DNA from: Selaginella moellendorffii
Taxonomy: Eukaryota > Plantae > Lycopodiophyta
Length of the DNA stretch: 64,000 nt
Direction of reading: 5' to 3'
Assembly (NCBI RefSeq): GCF_000143415.4
Contig: NW_003314268.1
Span: 1,720,672 to 1,784,671, forward strand
Position 1 is the stretch's first letter. The number at the start of each line of letters is the position of its first letter. Positions 11,727 through 24,249 of this stretch are shown here, piece by piece. The notes below the pieces were generated by a model, which saw only the letters and a list, made by a program, of their open reading frames with translations, was not told where the DNA came from and did not search any database. Made by a program: the position numbers and the translations under genes.

Positions 11727-12488
11727 ATGAAAAGAACGCATTTTAGCTTCTCGCGTATGGCGAGGTCCTGGAGTTCCAAAGATCTATCACCGAAATCCAA
11801 AGCAATGGATCAGCCAGGGGAGAAATTGTCTGCCAAAACAGGGGAATCGCTGGACGCCAAGAAAATCGAGGAGCAGCTAGCGCGGGCAACGGTGCCAATC
11901 GAGGCGCGCATTGCCGACGTCGAGAAGATGTGGGATCTGGAATTCTCGTCCATGTCGAGCTACGGGAGCCGCGACCTCGACGTTTGCGCGCTCAAGAGCA
12001 GGCTCGAAATCTCGGGATTCGACTGCTGCGACGCTACGACTATAGCACCAAGCGCTGGAATCGAGTCATCTTGCAGCGAAATCGAACAAGGGGATCCAGA
12101 AATCGCGCATTGGGATCAAGAATCCGGGCAAGCATGCACAAAGAAAGAAGAAGACCACACCAAAGATGAATATCTTGCCAAGATCACGAGGCAGCGACGA
12201 AGAAATCACAGCTTGTCCGCGGCATTGCCTCCAGATCTGCGCGGCCCAGCCAGCAATGCCATCCCTCTAGTGATGGAATCCTGCGACCCCTACAACGATT
12301 TTAGGGTTTCCATGGAGCAAATGGTGCGCGAGAATGGAATTTTCGAGTGGCCCGAGCTCCAGGAGCTGCTCTACTGCTACATCGCTCTAAATTCGCCAGA
12401 CCAGCACGAATCCATCAAGCTCGCATTTGCGGATTTGGTGGCAGAGCTCCATCTCGAGGACGACGATTTCTTCTTCGATTGCTTGTAG
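11727..12488 (+). CDS. OVATE family protein (transcriptional repressor), intronless
   Basis: C-terminal OVATE domain VMESCDPYNDFRVSMEQMV...LQELLYCYIALN...HESIKLAFADL. First in-frame ATG at 11727. Confidence 0.9.
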   Translation: MKRTHFSFSRMARSWSSKDLSPKSKAMDQPGEKLSAKTGESLDAKKIEEQLARATVPIEARIADVEKMWDLEFSSMSSYGSRDLDVCALKSRLEISGFDCCDATTIAPSAGIESSCSEIEQGDPEIAHWDQESGQACTKKEEDHTKDEYLAKITRQRRRNHSLSAALPPDLRGPASNAIPLVMESCDPYNDFRVSMEQMVRENGIFEWPELQELLYCYIALNSPDQHESIKLAFADLVAELHLEDDDFFFDCL

Positions 12489-13330
12489 AAAGTGTTTGTT
12501 CGTTTTGGATTGAAATGGGAAAAATGTCCCAGCCATTTGCGTTGATATTCTTGATACGACCATGGCGGATGCGGATGATATTTTCCTCGATTTGCTGGTT
12601 TTTCGCGGCATTTAAAACTTTCCACGGGTGGTGGTGGCTGTTGTAATCTGGGCAGTGAATGAGTGGATCCATGAAAGCATTCATCCATCCATAGAAAAGG
12701 ACGTACGAAGAGCGTACGACACTCGACATAAAAGAATGGACCATCTTGTAAAGAAAAGCGAAAGGGAAAGGTGGCGCCTTTAAATGGTGGTGCCCTAATT
12801 TTTAGGATTTTAGGGGAGGGATTCGAACCGTGGCAGCGGTTTGAAACGGGCGAGTATATTCGCGTCACGGATTCGCTCCATGTGGGCCAGTGGCACAAAT
12901 CCAAAAGCGGGCGGTACGGCTGGCCACAGTCTAGCTACCGTGGGAAGGGTTGGTAAGCTTGGAGCGGCCAGCAGCGAGCTTTTGTTGACCCCGGTTGCTT
13001 CAAAAGCCCCAGGGCGCGCCTACTGCGTCTTCGTGCCGCCCCAATCTCCTCCTCCTCGATCCGCCGCGCAATCCATCGCGCACCACCGGCAGCAGCACAG
13101 ATCTCGCGGCGGCGCCTCCAGATCTGCTCGCATTCCAATCGAGGTAAGTGAGCCAGGGGTTTTCCCCGCTTGAATCTTCGTGTTCTAGGACTAGGTTTCC
13201 CAGATTTATTGCTTCTCTCTTCTCGCCTAGGTTTCCTTCGCATTTTCTCCCTAGATTCTCCCTAGATTGTCGCCGCTCACAGGGTTTTTGGTGGCGCTTC
13301 TCACAGTTTGATTCTTTTGTGAACGTACAG

Positions 13331-14512
13331 ATGGATTCCTTCTTGTACACCTCGGAGTCCGTGAATGAGGGTCACCCGGACAAGCTCTGCGACCAGGTCT
13401 CGGACGCCATCCTGGATGCGTGCCTGGAACAGGACCCGGACAGCAAGGTGGCCTGCGAGACGTGCACCAAGACCAACATGGTGATGATCTTCGGCGAGAT
13501 CACGACCAAGGCCAACGTCGACTACGAGAAGATCGTCCGCGACACCTGCCGCGGGATTGGATTCACCTCGGACGACGTCGGCCTGGACGCGGACAAGTGC
13601 AAGGTGCTCGTCAACATCGAGCAGCAGAGCCCCGACATCGCGCAGGGCGTCCACGGCCACCTCACCAAGAAGCCCGAGGAGATCGGAGCCGGCGACCAGG
13701 GACACATGTTTGGCTACGCCACGGACGAGACCGAGGAGCTCATGCCGCTCAGCCACGTCCTGGCCACCAAGCTCGGCGCCAAGCTCACCGAGGTCCGCAA
13801 GAACGGAACTTGCAAGTGGCTCCGCCCGGATGGCAAGACCCAGGTGACCGTCGAGTACCGCAACGAAGGTGGAGCTATGGTTCCAATCCGCGTCCACACC
13901 GTCCTCATCTCCACCCAGCACGACGAGACCGTGACCAACGATCAGATCGCCGCGGACCTGCGAGAGTACGTTATCAAGCCGGTGATCCCCGAGCAGTACC
14001 TGGATGAGAAGACCATCTTCCATCTCAACCCGTCCGGGAGGTTCGTCATCGGCGGCCCTCACGGCGACGCTGGCCTGACCGGCAGGAAGATCATCATCGA
14101 CACCTACGGCGGATGGGGAGCTCACGGAGGTGGTGCCTTCTCCGGAAAGGATCCCACCAAGGTGGATCGCAGCGGTGCCTACATTGTGCGGCAGGCGGCC
14201 AAGAGCGTGGTGGCGGCGGGGCTGGCTCGCCGCTGCATCGTTCAGGTGTCTTACGCCATTGGAGTTCCGGAGCCGCTGTCGGTGTTCGTCGACTCGTATG
14301 GCACTGGCAAGGTTCCAGACGGTGAGATCCTCAAGCTCATCAAGGAGAACTTTGACTTCCGGCCGGGAATGATCGCGATTCATCTGGATTTGAAGCGTGG
14401 TGGGAACAAGCGGTACCAGAAGACGGCGGCCTACGGTCACTTTGGTCGGGACGACCCAGACTTCAGCTGGGAGACGACAAAGCCACTCAAGTACGACAAG
14501 GCTGATGCTTGA
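13331..14512 (+). CDS. SAMS: S-adenosylmethionine synthetase, 393 aa, intronless CDS with a 5'UTR intron (13144-13330)
   Basis: [24 protein letters not shown] and GGGAFSGKD signatures. Donor gag|gtaagt and acceptor tacag|ATG directly before the start codon. Confidence 0.98.
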   Translation: MDSFLYTSESVNEGHPDKLCDQVSDAILDACLEQDPDSKVACETCTKTNMVMIFGEITTKANVDYEKIVRDTCRGIGFTSDDVGLDADKCKVLVNIEQQSPDIAQGVHGHLTKKPEEIGAGDQGHMFGYATDETEELMPLSHVLATKLGAKLTEVRKNGTCKWLRPDGKTQVTVEYRNEGGAMVPIRVHTVLISTQHDETVTNDQIAADLREYVIKPVIPEQYLDEKTIFHLNPSGRFVIGGPHGDAGLTGRKIIIDTYGGWGAHGGGAFSGKDPTKVDRSGAYIVRQAAKSVVAAGLARRCIVQVSYAIGVPEPLSVFVDSYGTGKVPDGEILKLIKENFDFRPGMIAIHLDLKRGGNKRYQKTAAYGHFGRDDPDFSWETTKPLKYDKADA

Positions 14513-14744
14513 GACCTGGCCAACAAAGAACAAAGTACGTGAGAATGAAGCACAGGAACGACGACGAAAACAAAGGAAAAAAGAACAAAAAAAAAAAAAA
14601 AAAACAAACTGGAAAAGATTGGTTTGATCATGCGTATTTTGCTAGTTAGCTCCTAACAAGCATTGATGTACCTCCCAGCCCCTCCGCTGTGTCCCATTTG
14701 TTATACTGCTTTTGCTCGATAATAAGAAAAAGACAACTCTTCTT

Positions 14745-15755
14745 CTATCCTTGTGTTGGAACTCGATAGCTCCGGTCGAACATCTTTAGCACGAACAAGT
14801 TTCCCCGATCACCGCGAGAGACGCTGCAACAGCCAGGAGTTGATCAGAGCATGAAACGCAAAAGACGTTCAAGCTCACCGCAAATCTTCGTCCAGGTAAG
14901 TTACATCCAGTTCTCCTCGTGCGCGTCCTGGAGCCTTGATTGGAATCTGAATTGCACGTTTTTTTTAGAGTTCCTGTACATACACTAGCAGCGATTGACA
15001 CTTTACCAAGCCTGCGATTTTGAAGAAATCAAAATTGACCACCACTTTGGAAGAGCTTGCAGGGGTTAGATTTGCGGTCACCTACAACGCAAGTATAAGG
15101 AATCGGATATCATGAAATACTGACTGACGTCAACCTGGTTGAAGAAGGGCCAGGTTTCTAAGTTTTGAGCTCTCAAAGTGTCGTTGTTGATCGCCTGGTA
15201 GATTGGTCCATTCGGCCGCAGCAGCTTTGGACGCTGCACGTGAGGAACAGTTTACAACGTCAGCCGTAGCAAAGACAGAGTATACGTACGTTCGATTTGA
15301 GTATGGATTGTGATGTCGTGTATAAAAGCTCCCACTTTCCGTTGAGTAGAGGCGACTTCAGTGGTGCTTTGGTGGGATTTAAAGCCTCCAACTTCTGAGC
15401 AAGCTGTTTCCAAAGATAAATACATTTTTTTGCCAGATATGAAGCTCTTCCATACCTTGTCGATACGCATTCGATCGTCTTCCGTGGCTGCTGCCCCTCT
15501 GTCCAGCGGCTCAATCTCTGACAGAAGCTCCTTTTTCACCGCATCTTTATCACCTTGCTTCAGAAATGGCAATACCTCGCTGAGCCTGTTTGTAGCTTGC
15601 ATTCTACGCGCTACATCCACACGGTAAGAGAGAAATTGACGTTTCCTACCGATCTCAGGCATGATAAACACGCTTGACTTCCCAAGGGCTGGTGACAGTG
15701 TCGCTGAAAGTCGCCCATTCCTACTGGAAGCTGTTTGAAAACTCGCCAACGCCAT
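14745..15755 (-). CDS. Plastid lipid-associated protein / fibrillin (FBN3-like), multi-exon
   Basis: Exons give [46 protein letters not shown] and [12 protein letters not shown]; N-terminal transit-peptide-like region. Confidence 0.9.
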
Positions 15756-15937
15756 GCCTAGGGCCTATCAGCGAAATGTCTTGATTTCTAAGAGAAAATC
15801 TCTGCTTACCTTGAAGAAATCTAAACGTGACGTTAAGTTTTACTGCTCAAGCTCAACTTTTCTTCTGCTTGACCCGCTCCTGGTGAACCAGAGTGAGGTT
15901 AAGAATCAGAAATTATGAAACAAAATTTCTACCTTTG

Positions 15938-17973
15938 CTAGAATTTGTAGACCTCAGCGGTATCGTAAGTCTCGATGATGTAGTTGAGCTCATCCGAGAC
16001 CTCCTTCATTGTCGGACGCTCGTCTTTGCTCTCCCGAAGACAATTAAGCGCCAACATCACCACACCAACAATGGTTTCTCTAGTCACGACTTCGAAGGCG
16101 TTATCACCGTTGTGAAAATCAAGCAGCCTTTTGTCAACCACATCCATGACGTCCCCTCTCTCGGTTCTCGCAATGACATACATTGCCAGGTTGATGTCAT
16201 CTTGGTCCCTGGAGAAATCGATGGCTTTTTGAGACGTAACCAGCTCCAGTAGAACGACACCAAAACTGTAGACGTCACTCTTGTCTGTCAGCTGATACTT
16301 CCTGTAGTACTCCGGGTCTAAATAGCCCAAAGTCCCCTGTGCACAAGTCGAGACGTGACTTAAGTCTGGCTCGGCTAACCTCGACAGCCCAAAGTCGCAA
16401 ACTCTGGCAACCAAAGAGTTATCGAGTAGTATGTTGCTGGACTTCACGTCTCGGTGGTAAATCGGTGGATACGCTGCTGAGTGGAGATAGGCCAGACCTT
16501 CGGCAGTTTGCAAAGCTATTCGAAGCCGAGATCTCCAGTCAAGAAAACCTCTGCCCACATGAAGCCATTCGTAGAGAGTGCCATTGGGAATGTATTCGTA
16601 GACGACTAGAGGCTCGCCAGTATCAACGCAGCAACCCCAGATCCGGACCAAGTTCCTGTGATTCACTTGCGAGAGAACGCGCACCTCGTTGATCACCTGG
16701 TCCCTGCCTTTGATGTTTCCAAGCTTGGCCAGCTTGATCGCAACGACCACTCCATCATCGAGAGTTCCCTTGTAGACTTCTCCAAATCCACCCGTTCCCA
16801 AGAGCCTCTCCTTGGAAAAGTTGTTCGTGGCACGCTTCATCTCTCCCGCGGTAAAGATCCTTGAAGTTTTTCCTCCGCCAGCATTGGACATGATCAGTGC
16901 GAGCTCTTGTGCCCTGCTTGCCCGCTTCATCGCCCTCCTAGATCTTCTTTTGTGGACAACGAAGATCGCAGTGGCTAGTATTGCTGCCAAAACCGCGCCT
17001 CCCGATGCAAGACCTGGAAGAGCGAGCATTTTATTGTAAGAGAATCGAGCAAGAAATCTGTCCCTACCTGCGATAAGGATCGCGTTGTTGGATCGCGAAC
17101 AGCCAGCGCCATTGCAAGCTGAGAGACATGAAACGAAGAACCCTAAAACTCCGACGAAACGAAAATAATTCTTGATCACATACCTGTGCTGGAGCAAACC
17201 CCTTCGTCGGAATTCCAGACGTAGCCTGGATCACACAAGCACCGGAAGCCCCCGCTCGTAGAATCCATCCTACACGATGAATCCTCGGTGTCGCAATCGT
17301 CTCCCTCGCCGCCACACTGGAGCTCCCTGGGCGGCGCCCATCCCAGCTCCACACCATAGCTCCATTGCCTGGGATCTAAGCTCTGATCCATACGCACGAC
17401 GCTCACGTATGCCGAGCAGCCCAATCCATCGGTTCTCGTTCGGATAGTGTGGGATGTGCTAGATCCCCCAGCCGTGAAGCTACAGCAGAGATTATCGCCC
17501 CGGCAGGCGCTGGCGCTGGGCGTGGAATCGATGTAGCGGTGGCAGACGCTACTGGAGGAGCAATTGAGCGGCGATCGCAGCAAGATTGAAGAACAGTTGA
17601 GGAAGAGGATCGTGTTGCTGCTCGTGACATTGAATGCCTGGCTTTGATTGAGCACCAGGCCGCCACTGCCGCCGCTGGCCGGCGAGGGATTGATCGCGTC
17701 CAGCGTCGTGCAGCTCGCCGGCGCCAGCGGCATGGAGGAGATGACGATATTTCGAGACTCGCGGTCAATGCGCTGGATCGAGTAGCGGCCATTGAGCGCC
17801 TGGAGCTCGAGATTTCCCTGGCGGCACAGGATCGCGTAGTCTGGCCTGCCGCAGGATGGATCGGTGCTGAGAGGAAATGGCACCGTCGCGTTGCCGCAGC
17901 TAGGGCATTGATAGGGAGAAGCGCCATCGCAGATCTGGGAGAAGTAGAGGAGAAGAAGGGAGAATGCTAGCAT
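15938..17973 (-). CDS. Wall-associated receptor kinase-like protein (WAKL15/20-like), at least 3 exons
   Basis: Signal peptide, Cys-rich GUB_WAK-like ectodomain (CGNATVPFPLSTDPSCG), EGF-like CLCDPGY, TM segment and RD kinase. The start could be upstream (18045), and a short extra 3' exon near 15855-15881 is possible. Confidence 0.9.
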
Positions 17974-18359
17974 CTTGGAGACGATCGCCGCTGGGGCGAG
18001 GGTTTGGAGGATTCCAATCCTCCTGCATTGAAATGGGAGCGCCATGGATGAAAATTTCCTGGGAAGACAATCAGGAAGAGAATGCTGCTGGTCTAATGGA
18101 TCGCGGCGCTGCTTGCCAGCCAAGAAAGCACCGAAATTTCTTCTCGCTTCCACTGCGCCGTTTTCTTGAATTTGTCTTTATATGCGGGTCAAGGCGAGCA
18201 TACAAACATAGGTAGTATTCTCATCATCATCATCATCGGTTCGCGAATCACAAGCACTGTTTCGCAGAAGTTCCCAGAATCATTTTAAACTTGTAAGAGA
18301 ATTGATAGCCGTACATTATAATTTACATTTACTGGGAGTACGACATTGCAGTTTAACTT

Positions 18360-19184
18360 TTACTTCCAGTCGAGGATGTCGAGGAGCAAGAGGACCTCAT
18401 CGTCGGAGCTAGCCGTGTCAAGGAAATCCAGCTCGATCCCAAACACCTCGGCCATCGTATTTGGCGGCCTCTCCACAAGTAGCAGCGCCACCCAAGCCCT
18501 AATCTCCGAGAGGAACGGGTACAGCGGCGAGATGTGGAGGTAGTCGTAGGCGTGCGCGCGCTTCTCCAGGCCGTCCACGTACGTGAACCGCGAGCCGTCG
18601 ATGATGGTAGCGATCTGATCACTGTCCTTGCGCCTCACGAGCATGGACATGCTACAAACGCCATCGTCGCTGTCGCTGACATCGCTGCTAGGGCTAAACT
18701 GGAAATAGGGCAGCACTGGGACGCTCATCTTGTACTCGCTGCTGAGAAGATGCTGTCGCATGCTGTCGCAGATTCCCTCTGGCGGGTCCTTGATCCGCGA
18801 CTGTACGACCGGCCCAGCCACAATGGCCGAGTATACGGACTTCCGCCCTACCCACACGTCGACGTAGAACTCCAGGTCCCTGAAACACAGCTTGGGCGCC
18901 GGGAGTGCCCGGTTCCTCTTGCTCCTCGCGATTGTGGAGAAGAGATTGCGGTAGCCGCGAATTGCCCCAATTGTGGATGATCCGATTGTGGATCGCTGGT
19001 GGGAATTGCTGGAATTGAGGCAGATCGATGGCCAGCGGCTAGCGCAGAGGCGTCGCCAGAGGAAATCGTCCCTGCCCACGTCTCGCCACTGCCGGCACAC
19101 GCAAATGCACGCCGCAAGATCCCTCCCCGTGAGGAGGGGGAAGACTTCCTTGAGCACTTCGCCCATCTGGCCCTCCTCGTCCAT
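18360..19184 (-). CDS. F-box protein (At5g39250-like), intronless
   Basis: N-terminal F-box (EVLKEVFPLL...CVCRQWRDV...LWRRLC); C-terminal LLDILDWK. Confidence 0.88.
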   Translation of the reverse strand: MDEEGQMGEVLKEVFPLLTGRDLAACICVCRQWRDVGRDDFLWRRLCASRWPSICLNSSNSHQRSTIGSSTIGAIRGYRNLFSTIARSKRNRALPAPKLCFRDLEFYVDVWVGRKSVYSAIVAGPVVQSRIKDPPEGICDSMRQHLLSSEYKMSVPVLPYFQFSPSSDVSDSDDGVCSMSMLVRRKDSDQIATIIDGSRFTYVDGLEKRAHAYDYLHISPLYPFLSEIRAWVALLLVERPPNTMAEVFGIELDFLDTASSDDEVLLLLDILDWK

Positions 19185-19264
19185 GGCGACGACGACCCTG
19201 TTTTCTCTCTCTTTTCCTTCCTTGACCTAACCCTAGGGCGGGTTTACATTTTAGGGCTCTTGCG

Positions 19265-22200
19265 ATGGCGATGGCGATGGTCATGCCGGGACCGGCGAGC
19301 AGGGAGAATGCGGGGTGTGCAGATTGCAGCGCGCACGGGTTGCTGGCCTATGGAGCCGGTAGCGCGATCGTTCTTGTGGATGTTCGATCCATGCAGCTGC
19401 TGCTCGTGCTGCCAATGCCCGCGCCCCGGCCATCGCTCCCGGCGTCCTATGTCTCAGCATTGCAGTGGCTGCCCCAGGGATTGCCCCATTCTGCCATGGA
19501 AGATCTCTCGGCCCCACAAAAGCTCCAATTGGCGGCGGGCGATCGGCAGGGGAGGATCGCAATCTGGGATGTGAGCTCGGGTTTGGTCGCGACCTGGCTC
19601 GGGGACGACAAGAACACCGGTTCTAGCAGCGGTGGCGTTTATAATCTCTGCTGGATCCATTCGCATCCGTCGTGGTTGCTGGCGGCAATCCATGGCGCGA
19701 ATTTGCTCGTGATCTGGGATCCTCGCTCGAGATCCGCGATCTGGAGGTATGACGCCGCGGATACTCTCACTTGCCTGCGTTGCGATCCTTTGGATTCTCG
19801 CCAGCTCTGTGCTCTGGGAGTCAAAGGTTTACTTCTCTCGATACTGGTTACTGGGACCGAGAACAATAGTGTTTTATCCAAGAGTTATCAGCTGGAAGCT
19901 AGAAGCATTGGCGATCATGACGAACGCGACCGATCGTCCAGTAGCGCTAGCAGTGCCAGTGGAACAGGGGGAACTCCGTCTTCGGGTGGTGGAGGAGCTT
20001 CCAATTCCACGACTGCGGCTGCATTGCCTTCCATGGTGATGGGAACCTCTGCTCGATGCCACTTCTCCTCGTCGTTTGGAGCCAGCCGGGGCATTCTCTA
20101 CGTGGTTCTTCCCAGAGAGATTGTGGTCTTCGACTTACACTTGGGGATGACACTCTCGTCCATGCCGCTACCCCGCGGCTGTGCAAAGTTCCTTGACTTG
20201 GTGGCGGACGTGGGTGGCGAGCTCTTGTTCTTTGCTCACGTCGACGGCAAGCTCAGCAGCTGGAAGAGAAAAGAGTGAGTATAAAACGTCTTTCTGTGTT
20301 TTCTCATACTAATTCTTCTCGCTTGAACGTATGATTGCAGGAACAGCCAGGTTTTTTCGATTGTACAGATTGACAGCCTCATGCCCTCGTTTGGGACCCC
20401 GGTTCCTCCGCCTTCCGTGCTTGCCGTCACCTTCTGCCCGATTGGAATGCCCCATGGCGTCGAGCTCGAGCCTCCGAAGCAGCAAGCTCATATAACGTTC
20501 GTCTCGGTTTCAGACGATGGGAGACTATGGGAGTGGCGCATGAAGCACGATTCTTTGCATCAGCTAAGCGAAAACTCTAATGTTGAGTTCGCCTTTCAAG
20601 TAAGTTTTTCTGTTCCTTGGTTGCATTGGAGTTTAGGTGTTGGTTATGGTTAAGTACGGCATGCATGAACTTAGCAAGCAGCTAGGTGTGACTTTCATGC
20701 TCGTTGATTAATCTAGCTACACGGAGTGGTATCCTTGCAGCCGTGACAGTGGGATTTGCTCTTCTTCTTGAGCTGCAGCTAGAATTAACTGGACAACTAC
20801 ATCTCCTGCCATCTTCTGTGATAACTTTAGCGGTCGCCGTGCCTTCCTTGCTAGCAACCATGTCAGGTAAAACTTTTTGTGTCGTAGGCTCTTTAACAAG
20901 CGGTTTTCCATTTCGTCAGGTGGTGGAAATGCGGCGGCACCATCTGTCCCACTTGCTGCTTTAGCCACACAGTCGGGAACTTTAGAACTTCATGATCCCT
21001 CTGCCCATGCAATCACATCCTCGTTCTCTGTACATAACAACAATGCTGTTCGAGGAATTCGTTGGCTGGGAAATACGCGTCTCGTTTCTTTTTCATATAC
21101 GGAGGTAAATTTGTCAACCTTTCATCACGATTTTGCTCACTATAGCGCAGGTGAAAGGAAAAGGAGGTGGATTTATTAACAGACTTGTTTTGACTTGTAT
21201 ACGGAGTGGCCAAAGTCGATGCTTTCGCGTTCTTCAAAAGCCTGAGAGAGCGCCAATGCGAGCTCTTCGGACTTCTCCTTCTGGAAGGTAGCCTAGTTTT
21301 GCTTGTGTTACTCCTACTTAAAGTGCCTTTTTAATCAGATACATGCTGATTCTGTTCCGGGAGGCTCCAGCAGAAGTATGGGCTATGACGAAAAATCCTC
21401 AAATGGTATTTTCCTTCGTTTTCTCATTTGCTTTTTAGTGAAAAATATTTCTGTTCTGATAGCTTCGATCTTTGGCGTTGCCGTTTACTGTGATGGAATG
21501 GGCATTGCCACCAGCACCGAAGCCTTCGGACCCGCCGCAATTACCATCGCATCGACCATCTCTTGCATATCGAGAACGCCCGACTATAGCTTCCACTGTT
21601 GCTGCAGCTAACGCATCTCCGGCTGGTGATGATCAAGGTCAGGACAATCAAAGCACCTTCATTGTGATCACTTAGTTCGGTTATTTATTTTGCCAGCGGA
21701 CGCATCGCAACAAGACGAAACAGCCGAAAGTTTTGCATTCGCTTTAGTAAATGGTTCACTAGGAGTGTTTGAGCTTCGGGGCAGAAGAGTTCGCGACTTC
21801 AAGTAAGCGTTTCCACTTCTGGTTTCCAATGTAATTGAGTTTTATCTGTCTGGCAGGCCCAAATGGCCTGTGTCATCTTTTGTATTGACGGATGTTCTGG
21901 TCACTGCAATGGCATATCGGATGCCCCATGTGGTAAATGTTTTCAATGTCATTGTCGATGCACATTACCATCTTGTGTTTCTTTCACAGGTTATGGGAGA
22001 TCGTGTTGGAAATCTTCGGTGGTGGGATGTGACATCTGGTTCATCATCTTCGTTCAACACCCACAGGGGAGGTATTCGAAGAATTAAATTCGCCCCAGTG
22101 TCCGCAAATGACTCGACTAGAGGACGCGTCGCAGTTTTGTTCAATGACAACACGTTTGCGGTTTATGATCTGGTAAACATACCTTCTGGAAGGTTTTCTT

Positions 22201-24146
22201 TCCTAACTTGTTAATACAGGATACACAAGACCCTGTGGCCAACTCGCTTGTACAACCTCAGCTGGCTGGAATGCTTGTGCTAGAGCTTGACTGGTACCCT
22301 TTGCGCATAGAGAAACAGGATCCGCTACAATTATGCCTAGTTGGTGCTGACGGGAGCTTTAGGATGCTTGAGATTCAAACCACGAAGTGAGTTTTTCGTG
22401 TTTGCATATCGAATTAAACTTTGTTATGATCTCTACAGAGGCCGTGGATCAAGGTCGATGGTGGCATCTTGGGAGAAATCAAGACCAATGCCAGTTTATT
22501 CGCCCGCGCTACTTCCTTATCCACAAGCTTCGGTAATACTGTTTCCAACCTAGAGTTTGTAACTTCAATTCACGAATTGCAGGCTCTTCGTATACTTCTA
22601 CAAACCGGAGTTTCTGCTTCGTGGTTTGGTACATCACCTGTGGACAGATCCAAAAGTTTGGTTGAATTTTCTGGAGATTTACGCCAGTTTCTCCTGGAGA
22701 CCAATCTTCCCGCTATGGGAGACTCTGTGGTTTTGGAAATATTGTTGAAGGCACTAGAACCATTTCGTAGGACAGGCAAGCTCTCGTGTTTTTGTTCATT
22801 TTCTACATGCTAAAATGGTGTATGCAATCAGGACGGTTGCTGGATGCTCAAAGTATACGTAATTACACAGCTTTAAGCAAACAAGGATGTGCTTCCCGGT
22901 TGGCATTTGCGGCTGCACATTTTGGAAATTACTTAGAGGCGTTATTCTGGCTACAGCTTCCGAGAGCGCTTGCACTCTTGGTTGATGGACCCACTGAGCC
23001 TGCTCCAACTTTGAAAGAAAGTTTAAGTTCTTTCAGGGAGCAGGGGTCTGCCAAGCTATCAAACGATAACGAGAATTCGCGTAAAGAACAAACTTGGTCG
23101 ACGAAGAAGATGGTCTGCCTTACGTTCATACTGTAGACATTATGATGCCTAAATTTGTTATGCAGGCAGCTTTTGCCTGCGATCGAGCTACTGTCCGTGC
23201 GGTATCCGAAGAACGAATATCATGGCACAAAACGCTTGGGGGAGATGAGGCAGCACAAAAGCTAGTACATGAGTAAGTCTTTTCGTGACTTGTGCTTCGG
23301 TTTTCACACGTTTGATAGATATGTATCTGCTGGAGATTTCGAAGCTGCTGTTACACTGCTCCTGGCTACACCTCCAGAGAATCCTCACTTTTATGTTGAC
23401 GCTCTTCGGGCTGTAACTCTCGCGGCAGCTGTCTCTCCGGGACTACATGAGCTAGCAATCAAAGTAAGAACTAGATGGTCGTAAACATCTATGTATAATT
23501 CTACTTGAACGCAGGTTGTTGCCGCGAATATGGTGGCCACGGACGATTCACTTGGTGGCACACATTTGCTTTGCGCTGTTGGGCGTTATCAAGAAGCATG
23601 CTCACAGGTAATCCCCTGGCACTTCCATTTCTGTAATTTACCTTTTTTTCTCCAGCTCCAAGATGCTGGTCGTTGGGAGGATGCCTGCACTCTTGCTGCA
23701 TCGAAACTAAGCGGGCCAGAGCTCTCGAGGTAGCCTGGCGCTTTGGATTTTGTTCTTGTTTAACTCAAATCATTTTGCAGAGTTTTGGAGCGTTGGGCGG
23801 AGCATGTTCTACAAACAGAGCATAACATCTGGAAGTGAGTTATCTCCAAGTCCCTCATTTTTTCTCATGCAACTTCCATTCGCAATGCAGGGCTTCGACA
23901 CTATTCGTGGCGGCAGGGGCATTGTCCGAGGCGCTTCGAGCTCTGAATGCTCAATGCCCGGACGTTGCAGCTCTTTTCCTCCTTGCTTGTCACGAAGCAA
24001 AAGCCGGGGTCGGGTCGAAGTTGGATAGTCTAGATTTGCCTGGTGACTTAGCCCAACACATGGAAGATGTCAACGCAGTCTGCGAGTTCTACGCGCATCA
24101 CCAACGCCGCTTGTCTCAGCAGTGCAGTGGTCTCAACTTCTACTGA
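19265..24146 (+). CDS. WDR11: WD40-repeat protein WDR11 homologue, multi-exon
   Basis: MPGPASRENAG, LAAGDRQGRIAIWD, GIRWLGN, MGDRVGNLRWWD, GIRRIKFAP, LLLATPPE and LQDAGRW across many short introns; includes a GC-AG intron 22776-22831. Confidence 0.9.
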
Positions 24147-24249
24147 CAAGATCGAAAAAGATTTCCGAGCAGCACAAATGCGAGGTACAGATTCGTTTCT
24201 CGACAATAAGATTTTTTGGCGCTGATCTTGACGGTGGTTTTCAAGTTTA

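Noticed and set aside
1-14512. Possible biosynthetic gene cluster (P450, duplicated isopropylmalate isomerase, SAM synthetase)
   Set aside because: The duplicate isomerase is a pseudogene, the other enzymes look like housekeeping genes, and unrelated genes intervene; there are no co-expression data.
13301-14533. 410-aa antisense ORF over SAM synthetase
   Set aside because: Mirrors the sense frame; explained by high-GC3 codon bias suppressing antisense stops; no recognisable motif.
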